64,000 nt of DNA from Nitrospirales bacterium (GTDB lineage Bacteria > Nitrospirota > Nitrospiria > Nitrospirales > UBA8639): the NCBI GenBank assembly GCA_965203295.1, contig CBDBCZ010000017.1:2400001-2464000 (forward strand). Reading direction: 5' to 3'. Every line of letters starts with the position of its first letter. Within the stretch, counting starts at the first letter, position 1. Positions 13,873-27,594 of this stretch are shown here, in pieces. The position numbers and the translations under genes are program-made. The notes under the pieces were generated by a model. It was not told where the DNA came from. It did not search any database and saw only the letters and a program-made list of their open reading frames with translations.

Positions 13873-16223
13873 CTATGTATTTTTTGGATGCAGTTGCTAG
13901 CAGAGAAGCAACCTCAAGCAACGTTTTCCCTTCTTCTTTTTCATTTAGCCCATTTCAATACATGATGAGACACCTGTATCAGATCCCAGTTCTCCACACC
14001 AAAGAAGGAATACTCACGGTAGGTTCGATTTGTTGGAATGTAAGTCTGCACTATTGGTTTTATTTGAGTCGGACATTCAATACCATTATTTTTACAGTAT
14101 TTCTGAAATTTTTATGATATGTAATTATTTTTACAGGAATTTCTGTGGGCCATATGAGTATTATGTTTTCAAAATCTAGGCATACATGTGCAGGAGGGTT
14201 GAGCCCCCCCCCACACACACACACACAAAAGCAACCTGGATTGATTTTAAAATTTCCTTCACACCAGTTGGTATACCCATCTAGTGTCTAGTGCAACGTA
14301 GCCTTGTCTCCATACACGCACACACACACTTTTAGTAGCTGTACCCACCCCTGATGTGACACTCGTTAATTGCATTCAGCCTGCGATGATTACTACAGTC
14401 TATGTGTGTACATATTGTTATTCTTGGTCCTGTTTTAGGACAGGATGTTGTGGAACAAAGAGCAAGAGCAGGAGAGGATTCTGAAAGCAACTCTTTGCTA
14501 CGTATACATGATGCCCTTATTGAGAAGGTATTTTTACTCATGGAATCTCATTCTAGCTACATCCCTGGCCCTCCTACATGCAGGCCAAAATAGATAGCAC
14601 AGGATAGTTGCTCTTGGTGTCGTAGAACACATTATTGTGATGCACATTTTGTATTAAGTGGTTTATTTTCCTTGCTGGCAAACTTGCTGTATACACTCGA
14701 AAAGATGGTTAGTCTGAGTGGGCCATCAGCCTGTTCTGATCATTGGCCCTTACTTACATGTACATGTACATGTACATGTATGTACACAGCTGACTATGTA
14801 CATACATGTATCTGCTTTTCAAGGTTTGGGTACTGGTTTCTGAAATTACCAGTTACATACATATTCAGACTACATGCCACGTTTTACAGGATTATCAAGT
14901 GCAGTGTCTAACGGACAGAGTCTGTAGGCTGGCTCTGTTTGAGTCTGAGAGCCAAAGAAAAGTTGCTATTATAGCTGAACTAAGGAAAGAACTGGCTGCT
15001 TACAAGAAGAACCCAATGGCTAAAGATCTGAGGTATGTAAATTATGTGAAAAGCAAGGCAGAAATATTGTAGAGACTGCATATAGCTCTGAACTATTCCT
15101 ATACTCTGTCAAAGCTGCGTATGGGCATCATGCGTATGAAACACACACACACATTTTCCATCTTACCTTGTAATAGGCTTTACTAGTTTTGGATCACTCT
15201 CTGCTGCATACTAATCATTGCATGTTTAACTGCTCATGTTACGTATAGTTGTGGTGCTTTCACAGTTAGTTTCAAAGTAATGTATACAATGTTTTGCATA
15301 CATAGCTATGTTTCTATGGAGGAGCACCTGGAATCATGTGAAAGTCGTTTACAAGGAATGATATCTGGTGTAGAAATGCTGAAGAAACAGGTCTGTATCA
15401 CTTCAGACTGCCAGTATAAACCTGTATGTATGTACGTACTTACGTACATGTATGTATGTTAATTACACATTTGGTCAACAGCATGGGCAGGTGCATGTTG
15501 AAACTTACTTGCATACAAAGCATGTGGCATACTACGTTCTACTGTAGACCACACGTTTATCCGGAAAGGAGCGTCTGTGTCTACAGTACCATTCATACAC
15601 TGCTATACATGCAGTATGTTAGAGCAAGTATGACTGTCTCATATTATGTCTACACTGCTGTACATGCAGCATGTATGACTGTCATGTGATGTGGCTCAGC
15701 TTTAATGTGAAACGTGCTACGCAACATGCTTCCTTGGCAGTATTCTATTACCATAAGAGTGTATGGAACTTGTGAATAGTTATCTTTAACAGCTAGCTGA
15801 CACTGAGAGCCAACTGCAGTCTGCTACTAGCCGTAGCTCTTCACTCCGGAAAGAGCTGATGGGCAAGGATGCCACTGTGACTTCACTGACTCATGAAAAC
15901 CGGAGATTACAGGAGGAGAGCAAACTTTCTGCAAGGCGCTCCTCTCAACTGAAACAAGAGTGTAGAGAAAGACGTACATCTAATGCTTCCCTTCAAAAGC
16001 AGGTCAGCATCATGTGCACTGTATACATACGTGTGTCATGTACATAACATTGGGTATGGTGATTCTGTGCACTTACAGCTCTTGTATGCATGTACGTCTA
16101 TGTTTGCACTGGGGCTATGTACATGTTCACACCTTCCGGATTTTAAAGGTATTGTTAACTTGAAGGCCTGGTACTCGGGCAAAAACCCGGGACTATTTAT
16201 TTGAATTATAAGTGCCCAGTTAC

Positions 16224-16306
16224 GCTGGGAGTTGAACCCATGCAGGACCTTCTGATTGCTAGTCAGTAGGCAAGTTTTATACGTAGCTACTAAACCCACT
16301 AGAAGC
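16224..16306 (-). mobile_element. tRNA-derived SINE head remnant (also ~39783-39860)
   Basis: Minus strand reads tagtgggtttagtag..tgactagcaatcagaaggtc..ggttcaactcccagc, with a B-box GGTTCAANTCC. Confidence 0.45.
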
Positions 16307-19300
16307 ACTCGCCAATATGACCTGCCAATTCTAACTGTAATTACTCTCTTAAGATAGTATCATGCAGCACCCATGTATGTGTTGCTGTTCTCTTCTGTTA
16401 TTATGTTTCATGTTGCATACATACAACAGTTGAAGAGTTGACAAAACTAAATAATGATCTTCAAAAGGTAAATGTGTAGAAAGTAACTGTCAATTATTGG
16501 AGTATGGAGAAACAGGATGTTCAAATCATATGTAGTATTCTGAATCACTACGATGCACACTTAGTAATACATTTAATATGCTTTCAACACTTGATATGCT
16601 GTGATTCACTCTCACTTGCTGTCAGTGAATATGTTTTGAGCTTGTGAAGTACAGTAGAACAGTAATGCAATATCACCGGTTTCCAAAGCTATACTTCAAG
16701 CTGCTGCGGTGCATATGTATATGTGTGGGTGTTCAAACTTATGTAACAATAGATGTTAGATTTATGCACTGTGCACTGTCCTCAAATTGTTAAAGTACAT
16801 GACTGACATATTTTTAATACGTACAAGACATGATATTGCGAATGATAAGCTGATATTCAGCTTCCTGTTCTTTAGAGATTAAAACAAAGCCAAGCTATAA
16901 GAAGCTCAGCGGTAATGAATTAAATAGGAAATCTGAACTTACCAAGAAGAGAAAAGATGATGCTACTGCTAAACAGGTAAGTAGTATTAAATTGAAACCA
17001 CATGGCTGTTTTGTAGGTTTATCGTTCACATATGTAACACTGTCAAGCTCTCATCTTCTCATTAGGTTGACAGCTTAAATCACAAGATTTTTTAGAAGAC
17101 CAAGTTTCTGAAGCAAAAGAGAGAGAGAGTAACCGTACTTGTCAATGTGAAACATAAAGTACACATGCGAATATCCTTTTGTAAAATACTCTAATGTACT
17201 AGGCCGGGTTACGTACATCATATAACATTGATCGGTCGTTGGATAACAGTATGAATATGTACTCACCAACTGCTTTCAGGCTATATTTGTCCATTACGAG
17301 GTGAGAAACATGTTGACCTCCAGTGATAATAGAATGAAGAAATATACTGTATGACAGCTTTTCAATCTCATGAATCACTACTGAGAGCCACAGTCATGCC
17401 CATTGCTACATGGTGTGAGATTATATCGCAGGCTGGCTGCTTGAGAATAACTTGTTTATGCTATGCATATGTCATTGTGTATGGGTGCCGGTGTTATGTA
17501 TACCCCTGTCGCGTGTGTATGCCTCTTGTGCATACAGATGTACACTTTATGTGAGCAGCTGGTTACCCTAGCCTCCAACGGGCTGTCTCAGAGCACTGAC
17601 ATCAGCCCCGAAGCAGCTACTAGTGCTGTGACAACACTGGTGGAGGAGAACACACATCTGAAAGAGGACATTGAAAGAGTGACTCAACAACTACAGCAGG
17701 TTAGACTCTTGCCACATAGAGTTGTGTGTTTCTTGATGCTACTCCAGTAATCTACATTTCCATACACCATGTACGCAGAAAAACAGTGTACATATTTATT
17801 GTATACATATATACCTACATCATTCATTCATTTCTGGAGCACTGTGTTCTGCAAAAAATCAGTAACACACTGTATAAGTGTATAAGTACGGCAAAGAAGC
17901 AGAGGTGCAGGTGTATACGCAGGAAATATGGTTAAGAATCATTGCTGTTGTTGCTGGTGGTAATAGAAAATCTCTCTGCATAAACTAACTGATTCATGCA
18001 TCATCGAACACACTTTGGGAAGTAAAGGTTCCATAGCCTGCTGCATATATATTGAGATCTACGACTGAAATATTCCTTAATCTTTAGTATAATATACACT
18101 CCAGGCCCTATGTTATGGCAGTACTATAATTATAGTAACTACCTATACAGGCACGTATGTATTTTAGTTACTACGTATATGTACATATACGTTTAATGTG
18201 TTTATTGCCACTTCCTGTATTTCATACAGCTGCAAGACAGTCATTCTGCTGTGTGTTCTGGAGTTCATGGTGTTGTTGAGTGCTTTCTGGGAATGAAGGT
18301 GATGCACTTCATTGTAGTAGTAACTTGCATGTAAAAAGTTTTAATAATATATGGTTAAACAGAAGATCTGGTACTTTGCTAGCCAAGGGCACATTTATGA
18401 ACCCAGAAAAAGTGTCAACTTTTTCTGATTCTATATTAGTACCCAAAAATCCATATACATTCACATTGAACTATATTGGAGAAAACCTTGCCTGGTTAAG
18501 AGCCGGCTAGCTAGCTTGTAAAGTAATGAAAAGTGTGTGAATGGTGATATTTCTATATGATAGATACGTTTCTACCATACACATATTCAGTTTGTTTAAA
18601 GCAGGAGATTATTCAACCTAATTAAGGGCCTCTAATTTTATAGTGGTTTCATGGTATAAACAGTTTATTTTACTGCTTCTAATTCTCTACCTTGAACATA
18701 CCTACATATTTCCATAGAGTATACATGTATGAGCATACATATGCCCACTCCTATTCACAGCCTACGTAATCGAAAATTACTGCCCTACAATTTTTTTAAA
18801 TTAAGCCAATATTGTTAAACTATGTGCTGTCAAGATGACACCTTTCTGTTACAAGTATCATATGTGCTCTCTTCTAAAGACCACATGCACCGTAACATAC
18901 CCCACAATTAACCCCACAATAAACTGACAATTGGAGTTTGGCAACGTACTGGAGATGGGTTTGGCTCTGCTATTGACTGAAGGTTAGAATCATAAATTCC
19001 ACCAGTTTTAAACAAATTTTGAATGACACATGAAATTTTTCATGTTTTCATGTATCAAACGAAAAGAACAGCTGGATACTAAATGTATTGTTCCCAGGCC
19101 AAAATACACATACACACATACACACATACACATGAGCTACATATATATGTAACTGAGGTTCCATGCTGCAACACAACATGAGAGTAGGTGCTACATACTA
19201 CATGTAGCCTCGTTCCTAGGCTCTACTTCCCAGCTTTTGTTTTCGCACGTAATAATTATTTTACTATGTGCGAAAAAAACTGGGAAATAAGTAGATATGG

Positions 19301-19974
19301 TTGTCGAGAATGCATCAAAAGTGCAGAAACTGGAATGAATACGCCTATATTATACCCATAGTAATCCTGGTCATGCTGGTCACAACAGTTGTGAATATGT
19401 AAGTATACTTCTACAGGTTGTCTCGTATTGAAATAGAGCACAGTGAAGCCCTCTCTGGGACTGTGGCTGCAATGAAACAGGATGAAGAGCAGAGGCTACT
19501 AAAGGTTGTAGAGACGACTAAACAGGAGGAGCAAGTAAGTGACATACAATCATTGTAATATGAGCATATCTCAGACTGGATATTGCATACTGAGTCATGT
19601 ACAATGCAAGCAGAACGTTAATAGACGGATGCTCAGATTTGGTGTGTACGTACATGTAGATTAAATGTGTGTGGCTTGCAGAACAAAAATTAATAACCAA
19701 TATTAGGGAATTTTTCGGCCTTTTACAAGTCTGATTCAGAATAAGCATATCTTCTTTAGCCTAATTGTGTTTCCGAGAGTTTCTTGTACCCATGCAAGTG
19801 TTACTAGTGTTGTCCCAGTAGATCAAAGGCATTAGTGTGCTGGACAAAAGTGTTGTCACTGTTACATGTACATGCAAACATTCTCAAAACTGCCTACCCA
19901 AACCTTAACTCAAAGCCGCTTTCCTAATGTCGAGAATAGCAGTTTGGAATCTACGTATTTAGCTAGTAGCATCT

Positions 19975-20042
19975 TAGTCTATCGAGCTAGACCCTCCTCT
20001 ATGCTTAGCTAAGCGCAGAGGAGGGTCTAGCTCGATAGACTA
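19975..20042. mobile_element. 68-bp palindromic mini-transposon TAG..CTA with 9-bp TSD (copies at 31449-31516 and 43500-43567)
   Basis: Arms tagtctatcgagctagaccctcctct / agaggagggtctagctcgatagacta; direct repeat GTAGCATCT at 19966-74 and 20043-51. Confidence 0.9.
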
Positions 20043-20559
20043 GTAGCATCTAAAAAGATACTTGGCTGCTCTTCTAAAACGTGTAATGAAGCAGTAAGGG
20101 AATATGGGGTTTAAGTTGAGGTCTGGTACTAATGGTCTGAATGAAGAGTTAGGAAGATAAAAATGATGATAGGCAGTGTTGGTTATGTGGGAAAGAATGT
20201 GAGAGTGTAGTTCACGTGCTCCGACCGGCAATTCACAAGGACTGGGCACTCAATAGATTGAGTTTTTTTTTGGTTGAGTGGCTAGCCAGCCCTCTGTGAT
20301 GGTATCAATAACGTCTGATCAAGTGGCTGGTGAAGTAGTGTCGACATGTTAATATCTACTTGTCTTTTATGGATTGTATAGAATGTTCACTTATGTTATA
20401 AAGATAATTTAATTCTATAACTAATGTAAGAAGAAAACTAGGAGAATAATATGGAGAATAGCAAAAATCTCAAGCCTGTTAGGCATTCCTTTTCTCATCA
20501 GGATATTCTCAGGATCATGAACAGCCCCAACATAGTAGTATACACGTATGTATGTGTCT

Positions 20560-20795
20560 ATGTCTGTTACCAAGATGAGCAGCACTAATCCCTTCATCTT
20601 GAAGCCCTCTAACTTGGTTGGCCATGATGCTAGTGTGTGTGTGTGGTGATGGCTGATACGTATACCTATTTTACATTATGAAAGGAGAAAACAGGCTTTT
20701 ACTCCCCCAATGGACTGGATGATCGGTGTGTTGTTGCCCTTGATCATAGTGTTTATCCACCACTGGGCCAAAGTGCTTTACTAGTGATCCTAGTA
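20560..20795 (-). pseudogene. RecQ-family helicase remnant (motifs I-Ia) in an FHAD1 intron; repeated in copies 2 and 3
   Basis: Minus strand reads LVKHFG..INTMIKGNNTPIIQSIG/GSKSLF..SP..SIMANQVRGLQDEGISAAHLG, comparable to RecQ TGxGKSLC..SPxISLMxDQVxxLxxxGIxAxxL. Confidence 0.6.
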
Positions 20796-23700
20796 GTTTA
20801 TGTATATGGACAATCTTCATTCTCACCTTACCTGCCACGCTAGAATTTTTCCATCTCAAAGCAAGGATCTCTCCTGGCAGGCTGCTGGTGAATCACAGCT
20901 ACACTAGATTGACACAGTATCCAGGACCATAGTCAGCTGATATGTGATACTTAGTCTACAATGAAAATGGCACTTCCCAAACAATTGAGTGCAACCTTGA
21001 GAATGGAATGTAGTGCATATGGGTGCACTCATTCCCTGGTTCAACTCCGCTGTTTTTATTCACATACATGTAGTAAACAGCACCTTTTGGCATTCTGTAA
21101 GCCACAGCAGCTGGGGTGGAGGCCAGGAACGAAGCTACGTAGGAATGTCCTTTTTTTTTATCCGACAGTGTCAAAACAGTGCAGGTATTTCCTCTTATAT
21201 TAAGGGGAGAAAAGAGTGTAGGGATACACAGTCAAGGGGTTACTTTTTAGAGAGTGTAATCTTCTTCTAAACCCCTTCCCAATTACCTGCCTGCAATAGC
21301 CAAATACTACATGTAATAGTAAGTCCTGTGTACCATTCCCAGACCAGTAGTTCTTATATCTCGTGTGCCCAGACCTACTAATTATAATCACAAGTGCTAC
21401 GGATACAAACCTGCTGTCTATGAGCTTCATCCACATGTAGTTGTGATTAGCAATCTGCCACATTTGAATATATTTATTGCTGTATATTTAACCTATAGAA
21501 GAACTCAGTTTTAGAGTGACTGTTGTATGCAATGCAGGAGATGTATCAAAAGCAATTAGAGGAAATGAAGATACAACTGGAGCATGACAAGGACGTTTCT
21601 CTGGAGGAAGAAAAGAGAAATACAGCTACTGTGATGGAGGAGCTGGAACAAGTAAAACAGGTACAACACAGCCAGTAGTATGTGCAGACAAACACCGGCC
21701 TGCACTACTGCATATTAACCTGTAGTGCATGACCTCTCCCAATATCATTATACAAGGCAAGAACGTTCGTGAAGTAAGTAGTTTAGACTGTACATAGTTA
21801 TGTATGCAATTTTCCTAGTAGCTGTCTACTACTCCAGCTATTTATCCCAATATTTAGTGAAGATTAATACTGCATTTCACTTCCAGGATAAGGAAGAAAT
21901 GGAATTGAAATGTGAGGAGAGGAAGGCTCTTCAACTGAAGCTGGTAAGCCACATCTACCTTTGAGTATATCACTTCTGTCTCAGTACTGACTGCAATCAG
22001 CACAACTGTGCGTGTTTCTCAACTTGTAGTGTGTACCATTCTTTACTTAAAAGGCTTCTTCATTAAGACTAGGTGGTTGGAGCTAGTAACTTTGAAATAG
22101 AATTAATGCTAACTAGAGGTCTTCAAGAAGACATACCCCGCGCTGAATACTGAGACATAGGGCTAGCTGTGAATTACAGTCAATATTCCAATGGTTTTAC
22201 AGTAGTGTCTGCACGTAGCTACGTTATTATGCACTACTAATTCAGTGTCCAAAGTGTCTGGAACTACATGTACGTGTACTACGGCTTCTGTTATCTTGTT
22301 CACTATGTAATGTCAGTAATGACAGGACTCTTCAACGACAATGAGCATATGTACATGCCGCAAGATACAGAGTGAAAGACGTAAACAGTTACGTACTTGT
22401 AGAAGCTGTGGGCATATATCTATTCTCATTGATGGGTCGACACTTAATTACGTGTCTATGATAATTATAATAATAGTGCGCATGTTCTTTGACCTGTCCC
22501 TAGTGGTACAGACATGCGGAAGTTGGCGAGAGTAACTGAAGTTTGAGGTTTATCACAAGCTGTATTGCTTTGGAGAGACACTCAAGATCTGGTGTATGAT
22601 TTAACCTTCCGTCTCAGTCTATGAAACTGGCCTCCGATAGTCACTTGGTCTTGTCACGAGACTAGTCCTCTAAACGATTGATTTCACAATAACACAATCA
22701 CATATTTGGATCTGCCCAGCAAGCTATAGGTGTGTCCCATTGCTGTATTAGCCAACACTGATAATCAGAAAAAATAAAAGCTACAGAAAATAGAATTACT
22801 TTGTGCTTTACCAGATTATATACAAGCTAAAGTATGATGAATTTATTAAGTTAATTCATGCTTTGAAATCATATACATGTAGCCTCTAAATCGCATATCA
22901 TGAAGATATTTTAATATTTTTATGTCATTGCTTAACCCCCACTTGTGCATGTTTGGCGCAGGGTATTATTATTTCCATACATGACAGGGTATATAAGCTT
23001 GCATATTATGCATCCTGGACTTACATTTATTTCAAAGCTGCGTAATAGACACCCACTCTGACTAAATGTGACATAATACGTAATATATCACCTGACAATA
23101 CCATTTTTTTGTGCTACAGTGCACTTTTACGTGTACGTACTAAGGGCACTTATTAACCAACCAAGTGTTTCCACACAGGAGAATCTGGAGGAAAGTCTGA
23201 GAGAACTTGCAGTGAGCAAATCAGAAGCTCTTGACGTTGCTGAGATGCAAAAGATTACATTAAAAGAAAAATTGCTTGCGGAAATCGCTTGCTATGAGGT
23301 AAGCAGTGTACCGGTATCATGTATGTGTACTTGTAGAGTGAATAGAAAAGGTGTGCAATGTCCAATCTAACTGCACAATTTAACAACTGATTGGAAAACA
23401 GAGTTGTTGCTGGTGGCAGCTGTTGGTTGACACGGGTCAAAATCATGGACCGTATCTTTCCATTGGTAAAGTCATGTACATACATACTTTTTCATATCGT
23501 GGTCTGGATGTTTTACATGTGCAGGAACAGTCTGACCAGTATGCAGTCACTATAGCTGCAATGGAAGAAAAGCTACTGACCCTAATGAAGAAGTCCCAAC
23601 TGTTAGAAAAGAAGAATGAGAGCCTGTAACAGCAAATGGCTTTGCATCAGCAAGAAGCCAGTAATTCAGAAAAGAGAGGCACTGCTACATGTACAGGTAA

Positions 23701-24370
23701 TAATGAATGTGTACACATCTATGGGTACCAATACAGACATTCATTGCAGTATGGATTCTTGAATCTAACGCTCCATTTTGCGTTCATGATCATGGACCAT
23801 TGATCCTTGCACATGTGTAGGTATGTTCATAGAACGCACTGCCCAGAGTTGTGACCATAGGCAAACATTCTGTTTTCAACTTGGGTCATTTGTGGTGCAC
23901 GTACGCGTAGCTTGCTATGCATGTTTTAATTGAATGCGTGAAAAATCTCCCGATACAACAATACATGTACATGTAATGAAGGCCTAACTAGTTCCACTAC
24001 TTTAGCTAGGTAGCTCAGAGTGGGTTATGAGGTGACCATGGATCTGAGTCCAGATAACATGTACATGTACAGAGGGGAGTGGGGGTTTACAAGAAATTAT
24101 TTCGAAATTCTCTGGCATGGGGGCATACTCGCCCGTATGAAAGCCTTTTGTGTGTGTGTGTGTGCGTCTAATATCACAATTTGCTATTCATTCTTCATCA
24201 GTAGCAATCAGCTGCTGTCTCCTTGTTCTTGCGCAGGAGTGTCTTTTGCAGTTCCAGGAAATTGTCCAGCAGTTTTCTCAGCAGGGATTGATCTGCAAAG
24301 TAAAATGAAATGCACACCTCCAATTACCATTCTCATATACATTAAACAGGCTATGACATACTCAATATGT

Positions 24371-24652
<282 letters not shown>

Positions 24653-25766
24653 TCACAATTTTCGTTTGAAACAATTTTCGTTAAATAGAAGAAAATATAA
24701 GTTAAATATCACGGTTATACTTAAATACTTAGTCTAATATCACATTTTGCTATTCATTTTTCATCAGTAGCAAACTCATCTACTCACGATCAACTTGCAG
24801 CAGTGCATGCTATTATGTAGATGTGTGGTATATTGTCAAATCAGTGTGACCATAGTGTCTTCAACTGACGTGATCTTCATTAGCTCCCAGCATTAAAAAG
24901 CCAAACTTGTCAACATGTTGAATACAATTTTATGTACACATCATCAGCTTAATCGCAACAGTTTATTTTGCTTGTAAAACTGTGTTTGAAGTGTTCCTGT
25001 GAAAAGGCATCCCTGTTTTTAGTGTTTCCTGGATGGGTATCAGTGATGGGGCCAGAGTGTGGGTGGGGCTTTACCAGATGAAGATATTTTGCATTCTAGC
25101 TACAAATGTTAAATTTATGCATTATTAAGCAGAGGGCATGGTGTATATTTGTTCCGTGCAATCTAGGAATTTGCGTAATCTCGAGATTGTGTTGCGCACT
25201 CTCGGAATCCTGAAATTGCGTTCCAAGCTACTCAAGATTTAGAATGGACACATTTATGCCCTAGTGCATGCTAGTGCAGTTCATGCAATTTCCAGTTGGG
25301 TTAGACTACTGTGGTTCTCTTTAATTGATGATGTGGGGATATCAACTTTGGCTACCACATTTGGGTTTTGATGGCTCCAGATTGCATGCAAATTAACATT
25401 TCTGGGGGAGTATACGTATGGCTGAGACTGCCAATGCATGCATGCATCGATCGTTGCCCCGACCCCACAACAGCACAGCCACCCCCTACAAAGAACACGT
25501 AATCCTGGGGTGTAGTACTGACCTTCATCTGTGAGCTCTGTACATATACATGCACCTAGACGAGCCCATGCTTATGAACAGCTCTGGTATGTGTACCTGA
25601 GAAAGTATAGCGGCCTGACAAAACTATTGGTGACTCTATATGTGTATGAATGACTCTATATAAGTCGAAGAGACAAACAATTTGGAACAGGTTCTCACAT
25701 TAGCACACTAACTAAATCCCTACTGTTGGGTTTAGCAATCACTTCTTCTTGTAAATGGGACTGCTG

Positions 25767-25845
25767 GACAGACAGACAGACACAGACAGACAGATAGACG
25801 GACAGACCCAATTGCTTAACCCTGCCACACGCATGTGGGGTAATG
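25767..25845 (-). mobile_element. DINE-1/Helentron-like (HINE) end: hairpin plus (GTCY)n microsatellite; related pieces at ~34397, ~36783 and ~47873
   Basis: Minus strand: ttaccccacatgcgtgtggcagggttaagcaattgggtctgtccgtctatctgtctg.. Confidence 0.45.
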
Positions 25846-26995
25846 ACCCTTCTCCACCCAGTTAAGCTGTATTGATCACAAAACGCTGCATCACTTGAGG
25901 TTATTGCACTGCTTTCGATTGAGTATAAAGCAGCTACATGTAGTTGAACATCTTCTAAAAACACCAACTACATGTACATTGAATATGCCTGTATGTCTTT
26001 GATGAGTATTTCCTCCACTAAATACTCAGATAAGTACTGAGTGACTGATTTTTCTTTCCAAACAGAATGTCCATTACAGGGTTCATTGCATCCTGTCACC
26101 ATAACCCAGCCTCTCAATGACCAAATTACAGAGTCGTCACTCATAGATTAGGCAAACAGTCCAGTATTCAGTGAGCCCGATTCCTCCTCAAGATTGTATT
26201 AGCTTGTTGGTGCATGTTTGACAATGTACGTATTATACTTGAGTGAGCACACTGGCAAGGTTCCCTTTCAGCTGAGTGGGTGGGTTACAATTTACAAGCT
26301 GTGCGGGGTCCTATGCTCAAGCGCTTACACCCTTTGTATGGTATGTTATACTTTTCATGTGGGTATCCAACTGAATGAAAGCCACTGAAATGTCACTGCA
26401 ACTATGAATTTGTCTAGTGGTTCATGCGCTTCTGACGTCGAGAAAGATTCCTGAGAAAGATTCCTGCATCGATGTACCACATACAGCATTATTTAGCAAC
26501 ACTACATGGTACTGTAGCAGATGTGAGTAGTATATTTGCAGATATTCAGTTAAATTGCTAACTAATTAAAGGTTTACCTAGAGATACGTACACGCAGTAT
26601 AATGCCTCGCGCACGAGCATTCAGTAGGTGTGGTTTGGTAGCACGTGTTTACAATGTGTGAGAATTTGACAGAGAGAAAGGAGAGGTAGCTAAACGTGCA
26701 TGAGAATTCGGCGAGTTCATCCTTCTCCAAAGGTGGAAATTAACGCGGTGGTTTCTCCAGCGAAAAAGAGCAACTGTTGTTAGCTTAAAAGCGCACGCAC
26801 CTCTGGTCTTTTAGCTTCGATTTTGTATGCCGCTCGTTGCTTTCTTTTGCGTAGTGTAGCAAGATGCCTAGCCCTTTCCCCACTCGTCTCGTCAACGTTG
26901 TCGGACTCCGTGACTCGACTTTAGCCGACGCAACACGCCGGCCACGCCATGCGCAGAACGCAGCATTCCTAAGCGTGACACATGCATTTATAATA

Positions 26996-27594
26996 TGTTC
27001 CGCACGAACCAGGAATTCTAGAATCGCGCAATGCAAACTAGAAATCCATACTTTGCCGCGCAATCCCAGGATTGCGCAGCCAATTCCACTTTTGAGCACA
27101 TGTGATATTGACACTTCTTTAGCAAGCTATAAAAATGCCACGCTCGGTCAGTAATGCAGCGTCTCTGTGGCTTGCAAGCCATCAGTTTCATTCATCCGTC
27201 TTTATTGCAAACTGTAGATTGCCAGAATAATTTGACAATGTAATAGTTGTGACAAATGGTTTCATTACAAATTTAATGTGTTGGTTTTAACATATATAAT
27301 AGCAGACTATCAATAGTTGGCGATTGGTTTTGTAACCACTGCCAGTAGTTTTTACTTTCAGCACTTGACTCTTTGTTTATCCCTTTGCTGTCTATACTTT
27401 GACGCTTCATGCACTTCATATCAAAATTCGAACTTTGTACGAACGAATTTAGTCTACGCAATGCAGGGTTTGCGCAACGTATTCCAACTTTGCGCGAAAA
27501 ACTGGGCAATGCTGGGATTGCGTGTCAAAGTACGGATTCCTACTTTGCGCAGCGTAATCCTAAGTTTGCGCAACTTCCTGGTTTGCACGGAACA
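26996..27594. mobile_element. TA-flanked MITE, probably nested in another repeat (~26590-27665)
   Basis: TIR tgttccg(cacg/tgca)aaccaggaa at both ends with TA flanks; a related fragment lies at ~25150-25230. Confidence 0.75.

Larger units (their letters stand above)
14439..23696 (+). pseudogene. FHAD1: FHAD1-like coiled-coil gene segment, copy 1 (about 13 exons, no FHA domain)
   Basis: Exon 14890-15032 LTDRVCRLALFESESQRKVAIIAEL (cf. recalled FHAD1 [22 protein letters not shown]); exon 15793-16002 SSLRKELMGKDATVTSL (cf. SSLQKDILAKDEQVQQL); exons 23179-23298 + 23525- YEEQSDQYAVTIAAMEEKL (cf. YKEQIKQHAQTIVSLEEKL). In-frame TAA at 23627-29 and frameshifts. Confidence 0.7.

Noticed and set aside
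16224..16306. Functional tRNA gene
   Set aside because: Cloverleaf is disrupted by insertions; treated as a SINE relic.
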